Below, piece after piece: positions 6,994 to 14,837 of a stretch of 20,000 nucleotides of DNA. Under the pieces are notes generated by a model. It searched no databases and had not been told where the DNA came from. It worked only from the letters and a program-made list of their open reading frames with translations. The DNA lies in IMG/VR virus record IMGVR_UViG_3300025000_000080, positions 53,188-73,187 of that record. The stretch is one strand, 5' to 3'. The first letter of the stretch is position 1, and each line of letters starts with the position of its first letter. The position numbers and the translations under genes were made by a program. The DNA comes from an uncultured virus (IMG/VR IMGVR_UViG_3300025000_000080). Lineage: Duplodnaviria; Heunggongvirae; Uroviricota; Caudoviricetes.

Positions 6994-7213
6994 GAACGTG
7001 GCTGACTTGAGATCCCATGTGGACGCAGCAATCGCCACAGGCGACAAGCGTCACCTGGAAGCGCTGGTTTACCAATCCCGGACGATGGCGTGGTCACCCC
7101 ATGCAAAGTATGCGGTTCGGGAGATCCGGGAACGCGCCGAATCCGCTCTGGGATATCGCGTCCATGACGAGACGATGGCGACGGATGGACGGCGCATGAT
7201 TGCACGCTGGTAA
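6980..7213 (+). CDS. Hypothetical protein (about 77 aa)
   Basis: GGAGG RBS inside the previous gene; start at 6980 or 6986. Confidence 0.6.
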   Translation: MPMIKNVADLRSHVDAAIATGDKRHLEALVYQSRTMAWSPHAKYAVREIRERAESALGYRVHDETMATDGRRMIARW

Positions 7214-7254
7214 CACACTAGACACCCACCTGACGGTGGGTAAACGGAGGTATC

Positions 7255-7737
7255 ATGTTCAAGCCAGGTTCGCTCGAGGTCCCTTCCCCTACTGCCACCA
7301 GCCACACCTTCGAATGTGGTCATCATGTCGAGTTCACCAGCAATAGCGCCCGTCGTTCGTTCGAGGACTCGCCCAGATGTCCCCGGTGCTGGTCGTCACG
7401 TCCGACCGTACACCTGAAACTGACGACGACTCACCGGCATTACTCGTTTGAGCATCGCTGGTGGACCACTGTCGAGGCGGACGTGTTGCACACCTGTAAG
7501 CAGGGCTTCGCGACCGAGGATGCTACGGTAGAAGCCGTTAACGACTCCGTGCAGGCCATCCTGACCGATCTTCACCTTTTGGTCCCTGAGCCTGGTATAC
7601 GTGACTTCCTAGCCGATCCCACGCTACTACAGCGCTTCCAGGCCGCAATCGACCGCATCTTTTCGCTGGACGTCCATCTATGGGTGGGCGGAAAGTGGCT
7701 GGAGCGGGTAGGTATGCAAGCGGGGTGGCGGTCGTAG
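7255..7737 (+). CDS. Hypothetical protein with possible N-terminal Zn ribbon
   Basis: GGAGGT RBS; ECGH...CPRC. Confidence 0.65.
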   Translation: MFKPGSLEVPSPTATSHTFECGHHVEFTSNSARRSFEDSPRCPRCWSSRPTVHLKLTTTHRHYSFEHRWWTTVEADVLHTCKQGFATEDATVEAVNDSVQAILTDLHLLVPEPGIRDFLADPTLLQRFQAAIDRIFSLDVHLWVGGKWLERVGMQAGWRS

Positions 7738-7739
7738 GT

Positions 7740-8810
7740 CTACCAGCGGGCCAAGATCTCGTTGTCCGGGTGCCATCGCTTCAAAATGGCAATGGTTTCC
7801 GGCATGTGATTCTTGAGCAGCCACAGCGCCGGGTCCGGCTCGACGGGCACGTTCATTTCCAGACACCAGCCCAGCCGCCCGAGTTGAACACCCGCCGTCA
7901 GGATATGAACCTCGTGCAGCAGTTCGGCACGATGGAGTGCTCGAGTGACGAACTGCTCCGTCAGAACGGATAATTCTCTCAGAACGGGTACATTCAGATC
8001 ATGCACGTTGACCGGCTTATTGGGGACGGCGACCACCGGGGAGTCTTGGACCGGCGTCAACTCCACATACTCTGGTTCGGACTGAATTATCGACATGTCG
8101 GGCTCGAGTTCAGCCACAGCGTTGATTACGCCGGTCGACGTCGGCAGATCTTGACCATCGGGCGTGTACATGTGGGGCCAGAGGTACTGGGGCTGCTCAC
8201 CGAGGAATTCGGCCACCTTCCGACGTGCGGTACGAAGGCTCCGGCTTGTGTTCATCCCGGACAGTGTTTTGATCGGGATATCGAGACACTCCGAGAGTCC
8301 TCGCCATGTCGCGATACCGTGTTCCTTCATCGCCTGTGTCACTTTGGGATTTCCTGCCATCACTACTCTCCTTTTCTGCTTCTGCTCATCACGTTCACGC
8401 TTGAATGCCAGCCGCGTGGGTTCACACTCGGCTTTGCACTCCTCCACATCAAGAATCTTCACCTTCTTGTCGAGCTCGGCGCGCTTTTTTGCTACACCAG
8501 CCCGAAGTTTTTCGGCTACAGTTGTATCAGGCTGCTCTCGTTCTTCCTGGGGAATTTTGTCCAGAGGATCGGGCTCAGCGAACACCGGGTTTCTGACCGC
8601 CCTGGCGTCCTCATGAGACTGCACTTCTTCAACCCATTCGCGGACGATAGAGAGGGCAGCAGCAGGCGAGTCAACCGAAGTGCTGACAGGAGAGCCATCT
8701 ATCCGACAGACCCGCATATCACCCCGTCTGCGCTCGATAAAAGCCACCTTCCGCGATCCGTAGTAGTAGACTCCGTCTGACTCCACAATAAGCCTTGCCA
8801 CATCTCCCAT
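7740..8810 (-). CDS. Multidomain protein with central Ner/XRE-like HTH
   Basis: VTQAMKEHGIATWRGLSECLDIPIKTLS...RKVAEFLGEQPQYLWPHMY resembles Ner/Nlp-type HTH; start overlaps the dpdA stop. Confidence 0.6.
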   Translation of the reverse strand: MGDVARLIVESDGVYYYGSRKVAFIERRRGDMRVCRIDGSPVSTSVDSPAAALSIVREWVEEVQSHEDARAVRNPVFAEPDPLDKIPQEEREQPDTTVAEKLRAGVAKKRAELDKKVKILDVEECKAECEPTRLAFKRERDEQKQKRRVVMAGNPKVTQAMKEHGIATWRGLSECLDIPIKTLSGMNTSRSLRTARRKVAEFLGEQPQYLWPHMYTPDGQDLPTSTGVINAVAELEPDMSIIQSEPEYVELTPVQDSPVVAVPNKPVNVHDLNVPVLRELSVLTEQFVTRALHRAELLHEVHILTAGVQLGRLGWCLEMNVPVEPDPALWLLKNHMPETIAILKRWHPDNEILARW

Positions 8811-9757
8811 TAGAACAGCCCCATCTGAACCTGGCTCTCACCATGCTCAATTGAATCCAGCACATACCGCCGCCACATCAGCGCCCACTCAAGACAATTC
8901 GCGCAGTTCTGATGAGTGGCTATTGGGTCATGGCACAGCCGATGAGTAAACGCCTGTCCGTTGGCGATAGCTGCCCGTCGAGCTTCGAACGACCACGCCA
9001 GACTGTCGGCACTAGTCATAGAAGCCGCTGCCATCTTCAAGCCCAGTTGCTTGAAGCCGAAGCCGTGAAGACGTATGCCTTCTCGAGCAAGGGACTCCAT
9101 AATCCCGGCTGCTTCATACGTTCCCTGGCGCCGGCAAACACTTCCCACACCCACCACTTTGAACTTCCTCAGATCGATTCCAGCCTTGTCGTACATCTCA
9201 AGATGTCGGAAATACGACCAGAGGGACCACCCTTGGATGACCGGTGCCCACGGCAGATCTGGTGCCATGGAGGAAAGTTCAAGGTACGATGCAATCGTCC
9301 GCTTCTGGTGTTCTTCCGTGGACAGACCTGTCTTCTCTCTGATTCGAGGCTCACACATCCAGTCCTGAATAGCAGCCCAGTCAAGACCGCCAATCTCCTC
9401 TGCACAGATCCGGACTTCTTCCACGTACTGTCGAGCGGGTACCGTCCATTTACCGTGCAGATCAAGTTCCTGAAATCCACCAGAGTCCAGCGCCCAGCGA
9501 GTGACAGCACGCCGCCACGGCTTGCGACTTTTGACCGGCAAGACGCACCCGTCCCCATCTACTGCAACGGGAACCCATCGCCCCGATGCGTCGAGGCGCA
9601 TATCAATACGGATGACTCGGGAGTCAGGTGCTTGTGGGCCTTTTAATTTAGAAAGTCGCAACGGATTCAGTGTTCTCCGGCTGACGAACAAGGGAACACC
9701 AATCAGTCGTTGGTCGAACAGCCATCCCGTCTGATGAGTCCCCAGGTAAAACCTCAT
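8810..9757 (-). CDS. dpdA: DpdA-like 7-deazaguanine DNA transglycosylase (TGT fold)
   Basis: TGT-family motifs LDSGGF, QDWMCE, PVIQGW, GVGSVCRR, LHGFG and SADS, plus a C-terminal C..H..CxxC metal site. Confidence 0.8.
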   Translation of the reverse strand: MRFYLGTHQTGWLFDQRLIGVPLFVSRRTLNPLRLSKLKGPQAPDSRVIRIDMRLDASGRWVPVAVDGDGCVLPVKSRKPWRRAVTRWALDSGGFQELDLHGKWTVPARQYVEEVRICAEEIGGLDWAAIQDWMCEPRIREKTGLSTEEHQKRTIASYLELSSMAPDLPWAPVIQGWSLWSYFRHLEMYDKAGIDLRKFKVVGVGSVCRRQGTYEAAGIMESLAREGIRLHGFGFKQLGLKMAAASMTSADSLAWSFEARRAAIANGQAFTHRLCHDPIATHQNCANCLEWALMWRRYVLDSIEHGESQVQMGLF

Positions 9758-9902
9758 CCCTCACCACCTTCCGCGCCAAGTCCGCTATCCTGATCAGCCG
9801 CCAGTCGGGTGACATCCTGCCGTCACCTGCGATCATCTCTATCGACACAAGTAGCGCCAGCACCCGCTGCAACTCGTCCACAATCGCTTGCATATCCATC
9901 AA
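9648..9902 (-). CDS. Hypothetical protein (84 aa)
   Basis: Fills the gap in the operon but overlaps dpdA by 110 nt. Confidence 0.4.
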   Translation of the reverse strand: MMDMQAIVDELQRVLALLVSIEMIAGDGRMSPDWRLIRIADLARKVVRDEVLPGDSSDGMAVRPTTDWCSLVRQPENTESVATF

Positions 9903-10339
9903 TAGTCAGCCTTGTAGATGAACCCGGTGGGAAGCAGTTCAGCCCACACACGAGCCTCGGCGCGGGCCAGAAACACTGGAGGTTCCAATCCTTCAGTAAC
10001 GGTGCCCGACACGCGCACATGCGACGACGGAAGTTCATATTCCACCAGTTCCACATACTCGCACGGATCGACGGCAGCCAGATACTCTCGAGCGTTGACA
10101 CTCTGATACAATGGCCAGAGATCCTGACGATCAGTGTAGTAGTGTTCAGCGACTTCCTCCATCGAATGGAACCCGCCTTTCACATCAGGTTCATCGACGA
10201 ATTGTTCCTGAAGGCCCTGCCACGCCGCGTCAATCGACGGCGCAACGATGTAGTTACCGAACCATTTGAACAGCCTGTCACCCTTCAATTGTTGCCTCCC
10301 TTCATGTGGCGTGCATAGACCTATTGATGATGACCACAC
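9899..10339 (-). CDS. Hypothetical acidic protein
   Basis: ORF tiling the operon; start uncertain. Confidence 0.6.
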   Translation of the reverse strand: MWSSSIGLCTPHEGRQQLKGDRLFKWFGNYIVAPSIDAAWQGLQEQFVDEPDVKGGFHSMEEVAEHYYTDRQDLWPLYQSVNAREYLAAVDPCEYVELVEYELPSSHVRVSGTVTEGLEPPVFLARAEARVWAELLPTGFIYKADY

Positions 10340-10950
10340 CTCTTGATACGGTTGTGAAGGCGTGTGGAGATCGGATAGCGCCGCTGCCCTTTTAGAAGGC
10401 TTTCCTGGTCCTTACTCTCCTGCAACGCCTTCAGGTATTGTGCAGAAAGATCGTCCCACGCGGCGACGAGCTTGCCCCACACCGGATGATCGGCCAGTCT
10501 GGCAAAAGCGAGTTCCTTTACTTTTGGAATCTGCTCCACCAGTCGATAACATCGCCCGAAGTCGCTGGCATCGTGAGGCCATGGCGCACTCAGGCGAAGT
10601 CTCGCAACCCACGCCGTATCGTCCAGTGCAGTGGCAGCCAGATACTCAGAGGAGATGCCGTGATCACCACTGCGATACCAGGATAAAACCTTTGTGCCCA
10701 ACTCGCTGTTGGGAATGCCGGCCAGCGTGGTTTTCTCATGGTCGATCTGCATATGGGTTGTCCAAAGCACTCGCCCATTGAGTTGGATTCTGATCCATCC
10801 GCATCGCCGTAAAAGTGTCATCTCTTCTGGCGTCAAGTCAGGGTCACACTCCACTCCATCCGGACCATATCCGGGGTCTGAAATGCCTGCACGCTCACAC
10901 GCCTTTGCCAGCACATCAATACCGTCAGTGAAATCATCGAGATACATCAT
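10321..10950 (-). CDS. Hypothetical phage-type protein
   Basis: 209 aa, GGGAG RBS. The W..SGDHGISS...PHDASDFGRC segment looks like a recurring phage motif (from recall, unverified). Confidence 0.7.
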   Translation of the reverse strand: MMYLDDFTDGIDVLAKACERAGISDPGYGPDGVECDPDLTPEEMTLLRRCGWIRIQLNGRVLWTTHMQIDHEKTTLAGIPNSELGTKVLSWYRSGDHGISSEYLAATALDDTAWVARLRLSAPWPHDASDFGRCYRLVEQIPKVKELAFARLADHPVWGKLVAAWDDLSAQYLKALQESKDQESLLKGQRRYPISTRLHNRIKRCGHHQ

Positions 10951-10952
10951 TT

Positions 10953-11534
10953 CTATTTACTCCCATCTATAACTCCCCACCCAACATCCATCGCAGGCGG
11001 ATCGGGCGGACGACGAACAGGGACAACGAGGCACCCGCCCGTCACCAACATCAACTCGACGTAGTATTGCCAGTGCTTCGACCTTTGAATGGGTCGCCAC
11101 TTGCCAGGCTGGCCTAGTCCAAGTATTGTCCACGAATCCCACTGCCCCGGACCCGTACCGAACCACTCCGGTTGTGGCGGTCGAGGCGTACAGGCGTCGT
11201 CAAGGTCATCAATACACCGCAGGATCTGTCCCTGCTCTTCTGCCGAGATGAACGGTTCTGCATTGCGCTTCACACGCTCGAGCCACTGGTCAAGAACGGT
11301 CTTCACTGCATGCCTCATGATCCTGGGGTCTTCGATTACAGCCGCGTCCAACTGAGATGAATCGGGAGGCACGGAACCAAACAGGCCCAGACTTGAAGAT
11401 GCCCTGGCTGACGTCGCCAGGATGCACCGACCCAAAAGTCCTCCAACTTCCACTCCATCGACAGGCGGACCACTCGTAGATGAGAAGCCCACTCCTTCTT
11501 GGCTAACACCTTCATGCCAATACTCCTCACTCAA
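10953..11534 (-). CDS. Hypothetical protein (193 aa)
   Basis: Start overlaps the upstream stop (GTGA). Confidence 0.6.
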   Translation of the reverse strand: MSEEYWHEGVSQEGVGFSSTSGPPVDGVEVGGLLGRCILATSARASSSLGLFGSVPPDSSQLDAAVIEDPRIMRHAVKTVLDQWLERVKRNAEPFISAEEQGQILRCIDDLDDACTPRPPQPEWFGTGPGQWDSWTILGLGQPGKWRPIQRSKHWQYYVELMLVTGGCLVVPVRRPPDPPAMDVGWGVIDGSK

Positions 11535-11764
11535 AGACTCGCCACACGGCGACGAAGACGAGACAAGACATCCTTACGACGGTGACCGCTCACATGAATT
11601 TCTTGCCCACAGACTGTGACGACCGCTTGATATCCCTGCTGGCGATGACGTTCACGCCTGACCGTGCCAATGAGGTTGCTGCCGTCCATCACGGGCCAAC
11701 TTGCACCACGCTGACGCGGCGAGACACCTGGCTCAATCTCCACATGCTTCGTTCCGAGTCTCAT
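11531..11764 (-). CDS. Hypothetical basic protein (77 aa)
   Basis: GGAGG RBS, ATG 11764 (MRLGTKHVEI...). Confidence 0.6.
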   Translation of the reverse strand: MRLGTKHVEIEPGVSPRQRGASWPVMDGSNLIGTVRRERHRQQGYQAVVTVCGQEIHVSGHRRKDVLSRLRRRVASL

Positions 11765-12011
11765 GATGTCCTCCACTTTGAGTGACGCTCGCAATCGCTT
11801 CACGCTTGCCCCCGAAGTGATCGGGGGCGCACCGCTCGCAGTACCACTCGGCGCAGTAGTAGCACCGATAGATGGATAGAGTAGGAGGGACCCAGCCACA
11901 CCCACACCGGACAGGTTCACCGCGAAAGACAGCCCTGACTTGTCGGGCTACCCGTTCACGCTTCTGAAGTAGCTCAGCCTCAGTCTTTGGGGCATCGTGA
12001 CGGTTCACCAC
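11733..12011 (-). CDS. Small Cys/His-rich (Zn-finger-like) protein
   Basis: CGC...CYYC....CERC...H; GGAG RBS before GTG 12011. Confidence 0.6.
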   Translation of the reverse strand: MVNRHDAPKTEAELLQKRERVARQVRAVFRGEPVRCGCGWVPPTLSIYRCYYCAEWYCERCAPDHFGGKREAIASVTQSGGHHETRNEACGD

Positions 12012-12639
12012 GTTTCCACTCCTGCCACATGTCTTCGACATCGCCCCTGGTCACGATGTCGGCGTAATCGAAATTACACACCAGTGCGCGCTCTTCATCC
12101 CATGAGATTACCCACGGATGTGGAATGACTGGTCCTCCGAACTTGGGCCAGCGCACCCTGCGACCACCACTGGGAAGGCGTGTAGATGGATGGTTCTCCT
12201 TGATGAGCGTCAACAGGTCCTCGAGCGACTGTGCAGCGTTCACGCCTTCCCGTTGATCGAACCAGTCTTTAACGATGGGCGCCATCTCCTGAATCTCATG
12301 GATAGCCTGTTGGATGGTCAAACCTGTGAGCGTCCAGCATGCCTGTGTACGGTCGAAGTCGTCACGCTCGGCATAAATCTCAAAATAGGTAGGGGTCCTC
12401 TCGTTACCCGGCCCTCGAGGCTGTGATAGTCGAGCCGTCCAGCCGTACTCTAATTGAGTGCAGTACTGGGCGCGCGGTCTCCAGTCCTTCATAATGACAA
12501 GGGTGACGGGGTCTTTGATGGAGCAATGTTCGAGGTCAAGGACGGCTATGTCGCCAGGGTTGTCTATCGCGACATAGCCGGGTGGGTAATTGGGGGTAGT
12601 CAGGACATGCATACTCGTCACAGCCTCCACAGTAGCCAT
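11980..12639 (-). CDS. Hypothetical protein (219 aa), probably leaderless
   Basis: ATG 5 nt downstream of a TATACT -10 box. Confidence 0.7.
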   Translation of the reverse strand: MATVEAVTSMHVLTTPNYPPGYVAIDNPGDIAVLDLEHCSIKDPVTLVIMKDWRPRAQYCTQLEYGWTARLSQPRGPGNERTPTYFEIYAERDDFDRTQACWTLTGLTIQQAIHEIQEMAPIVKDWFDQREGVNAAQSLEDLLTLIKENHPSTRLPSGGRRVRWPKFGGPVIPHPWVISWDEERALVCNFDYADIVTRGDVEDMWQEWKRGEPSRCPKD

Positions 12640-12644
12640 GACTC

Positions 12645-12673
12645 AGTATATAGGTGATCGACGTACTAATCAA
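12645..12673 (-). promoter_or_regulatory. sigma70-type promoter
   Basis: cctgTTGATT-17 nt-TATACT. Confidence 0.75.
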
Positions 12674-12697
12674 CAGGTATTTTAATGTATCGCTGGA

Positions 12698-13258
12698 CTA
12701 CTCGGAGTCTTCCCGGTCGTCATCATTGGTGGGCTCGTCCTGGAATAGCGGCGCCCCTTCCGGGCGTGTCCATGATCGGCTGTAACCCTGGCCCTTGAAC
12801 AGGCCCGCCAACCCGGTCATCTGCTTGAGCCGAAGCACCTCCTCTGCCTCCATCCCCAACTGCTTCGCGATGTCGGTGTCGCTCCAGCCGAGTTTGAGAA
12901 GCTTCTCGACAAGGACAGACATCATGTCTACCTTGTGCTTGCCACGAGCTCGATTATGCCGAATGGTGGAGGCCATGCGGTCATTGATGGACTTGTCGAT
13001 CACCACCACCGGGATCTCTGGACACTTGAACCTCTTTGTCAGGATGGTGTACCGGTGGAAGCCATCCACCACCACATACAGATCCAGGACCGGATCATAA
13101 ACAACAACGATGGGCTGAGTAACTCCATCCTCTTCGATGGAGAGGGCAAGCAGGTCCATCTCTGGCGTTGCCACGTTGTTAGGGTTGTAGTCGTTGGATA
13201 CCACCTTAACAGCAGTAACCATCTGCACATGGCAACAAGGGAATGTGATCTGGCTCAT
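12698..13258 (-). CDS. IbrB/YbdM-like ParB/Srx-fold protein (copy 2)
   Basis: NDYNPN, GVTQPIVV, VVDGFHR, STIRHNRARGKH; ATGA overlap with the upstream stop. Confidence 0.88.
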   Translation of the reverse strand: MSQITFPCCHVQMVTAVKVVSNDYNPNNVATPEMDLLALSIEEDGVTQPIVVVYDPVLDLYVVVDGFHRYTILTKRFKCPEIPVVVIDKSINDRMASTIRHNRARGKHKVDMMSVLVEKLLKLGWSDTDIAKQLGMEAEEVLRLKQMTGLAGLFKGQGYSRSWTRPEGAPLFQDEPTNDDDREDSE

Positions 13259-14334
13259 AGGATGTCCATCCACTTCAGTAATGGGTTCGGCCGATCCGGC
13301 TGCTGGACCACCGGGATGTTGTTCTCCCAATCGTTCAGCAGGAGCTGGCGGACCTGCTGCCGGAACACGGATTCGCTCTGGAGTTGATTTCCGAACCGCT
13401 CGAGAAATTGTTGTCGTCTCTCGTTCGGAAGCGTCTCGAGTAAAAAGTCTCGGTACGCTCGCCAGGATGAGAACTGCGCTGGCCGTTTCTTCGTGCTGAA
13501 CACCATCTGCTCTCGACTGTACAGAGCAGCTGTGTGCACACCCTTTAGCCTGCGAATGAGCGCATCGTATGTATCGGGCTCGAACTCCTGAAGGTCAGCC
13601 AGGCTCTTGAACGCACGCTCATGAATGAGGTTGGAGACCCGAAGATCTCCGATGTTTCGCCCCTTGGCCCACATCCAGTCATAGACGCGGTTGTAGACCG
13701 GTCCCTCGTTGCCGATGAACGTCCAGATGTCCTCGAACGTCCAGTCGTAGAGAGGGTAGAACTTAATGCTCTTCCCGCCGCCAGGAGACGACCAGTTGAT
13801 GCCTGGAATGGCAGGATGACGGGTCACAGCGCCAAACCGATTTAGACTCTCTTCGGCCCGAAGACCGACAAGACACGCTGTGTTCTCAGGCCACTGGGCT
13901 TCCCACCAGTCGAAGAACGAGTAGAATCGATCTGGTGCATCCGGGAGTTCATGGATGGAGTCGGGCTCCTTCGGCCTGACCCATTCCTCACCCGGTCCCC
14001 AGGCATACAAGAACTCGTCCTCATAGGATGTGGCGTTCGTCATTCGGATGGGGACCTGTACCCAGTGTGCCTTTACAGCCGGGCGAGTCATGATGTACCG
14101 CATGACTTCAACCGTGGAACGGTACTCAACTTCCTGGTCGAGAAAGAAAACGTGAATCACCCGTCCACGTCTCTCGGCCTCACGCCGTGCCAGTTCGACC
14201 AGCACGGAACTATCCTTTCCTCCCGAGACGGAGACACAGACGTTCTCGTAATGGTCGAATATCCAGGCTATACGCTCAATAGCGGCCTCGAGAACGTTCT
14301 TGGGTAGGTAGAGTTTGCACCCATTCGGGATCAC
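13255..14334 (-). CDS. IbrA/YbdN-like PAPS-reductase-family PP-loop protein (copy 2)
   Basis: SVSGGKDS, FLDQE, GLRAEESLNR, YPLYDW, RVSNLIHE; GGAGGAG RBS and GTGA overlap. Confidence 0.88.
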   Translation of the reverse strand: MIPNGCKLYLPKNVLEAAIERIAWIFDHYENVCVSVSGGKDSSVLVELARREAERRGRVIHVFFLDQEVEYRSTVEVMRYIMTRPAVKAHWVQVPIRMTNATSYEDEFLYAWGPGEEWVRPKEPDSIHELPDAPDRFYSFFDWWEAQWPENTACLVGLRAEESLNRFGAVTRHPAIPGINWSSPGGGKSIKFYPLYDWTFEDIWTFIGNEGPVYNRVYDWMWAKGRNIGDLRVSNLIHERAFKSLADLQEFEPDTYDALIRRLKGVHTAALYSREQMVFSTKKRPAQFSSWRAYRDFLLETLPNERRQQFLERFGNQLQSESVFRQQVRQLLLNDWENNIPVVQQPDRPNPLLKWMDIL

Positions 14335-14837
14335 GTCTCCTCCATGGTCCATGCCGTGGACCATGTGGCATTGGCAAAGAGAGCCGCTATTCCGGTCAGT
14401 GACTTGTAGCGGTGGATGGTTTCCATCTCGATACTGAGATGCAAAGAGATCTCTTCCTCGCTCATGCCCTGTTCGATGAGCGCCCGGATCAGGTCGGCGT
14501 CAAGATCTACCTGGTGGACCCCACGTGCCTTGTTGAATTGGACTGTCGCGGCCATCCGCTGGGCAACAGACACAGCGATGACTACGATCGGAACCTCCGG
14601 CAAGTCTAGCCATTCGGGGCCGGCAATCGTCCAACGGTGGAAGCCATCGACCACACGATAAACGTCTTCGTCCGAATCATGAACCGTCACAATAGGGAAA
14701 CACCAACCATTATCGATGATGGACTGCATGAGTAGCCGCATCTTGTCCGAACTCACGTGGTTGGGATTCCAGTTGTTAGCCACGACGCGGACACGTGGCA
14801 CCATGAAGGTATTGAGACACGGGAAGAGAATCTTCAC
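14331..14837 (-). CDS. IbrB/YbdM-like ParB/Srx-fold protein (copy 1)
   Basis: NNWNPN, GWCFPIVT, VVDGFHR, TVQFNKARGVH. Confidence 0.88.
   Translation of the reverse strand: MKILFPCLNTFMVPRVRVVANNWNPNHVSSDKMRLLMQSIIDNGWCFPIVTVHDSDEDVYRVVDGFHRWTIAGPEWLDLPEVPIVVIAVSVAQRMAATVQFNKARGVHQVDLDADLIRALIEQGMSEEEISLHLSIEMETIHRYKSLTGIAALFANATWSTAWTMEET

Noticed and set aside
8001..9646. Plus-strand ORFs 8001..8780 and 8912..9646
   Set aside because: Antisense to motif-bearing minus-strand genes
12698..14837. ParABS partition system
   Set aside because: No ParA ATPase or parS-like array; the ParB-like genes are the short IbrB type coupled to PP-loop genes
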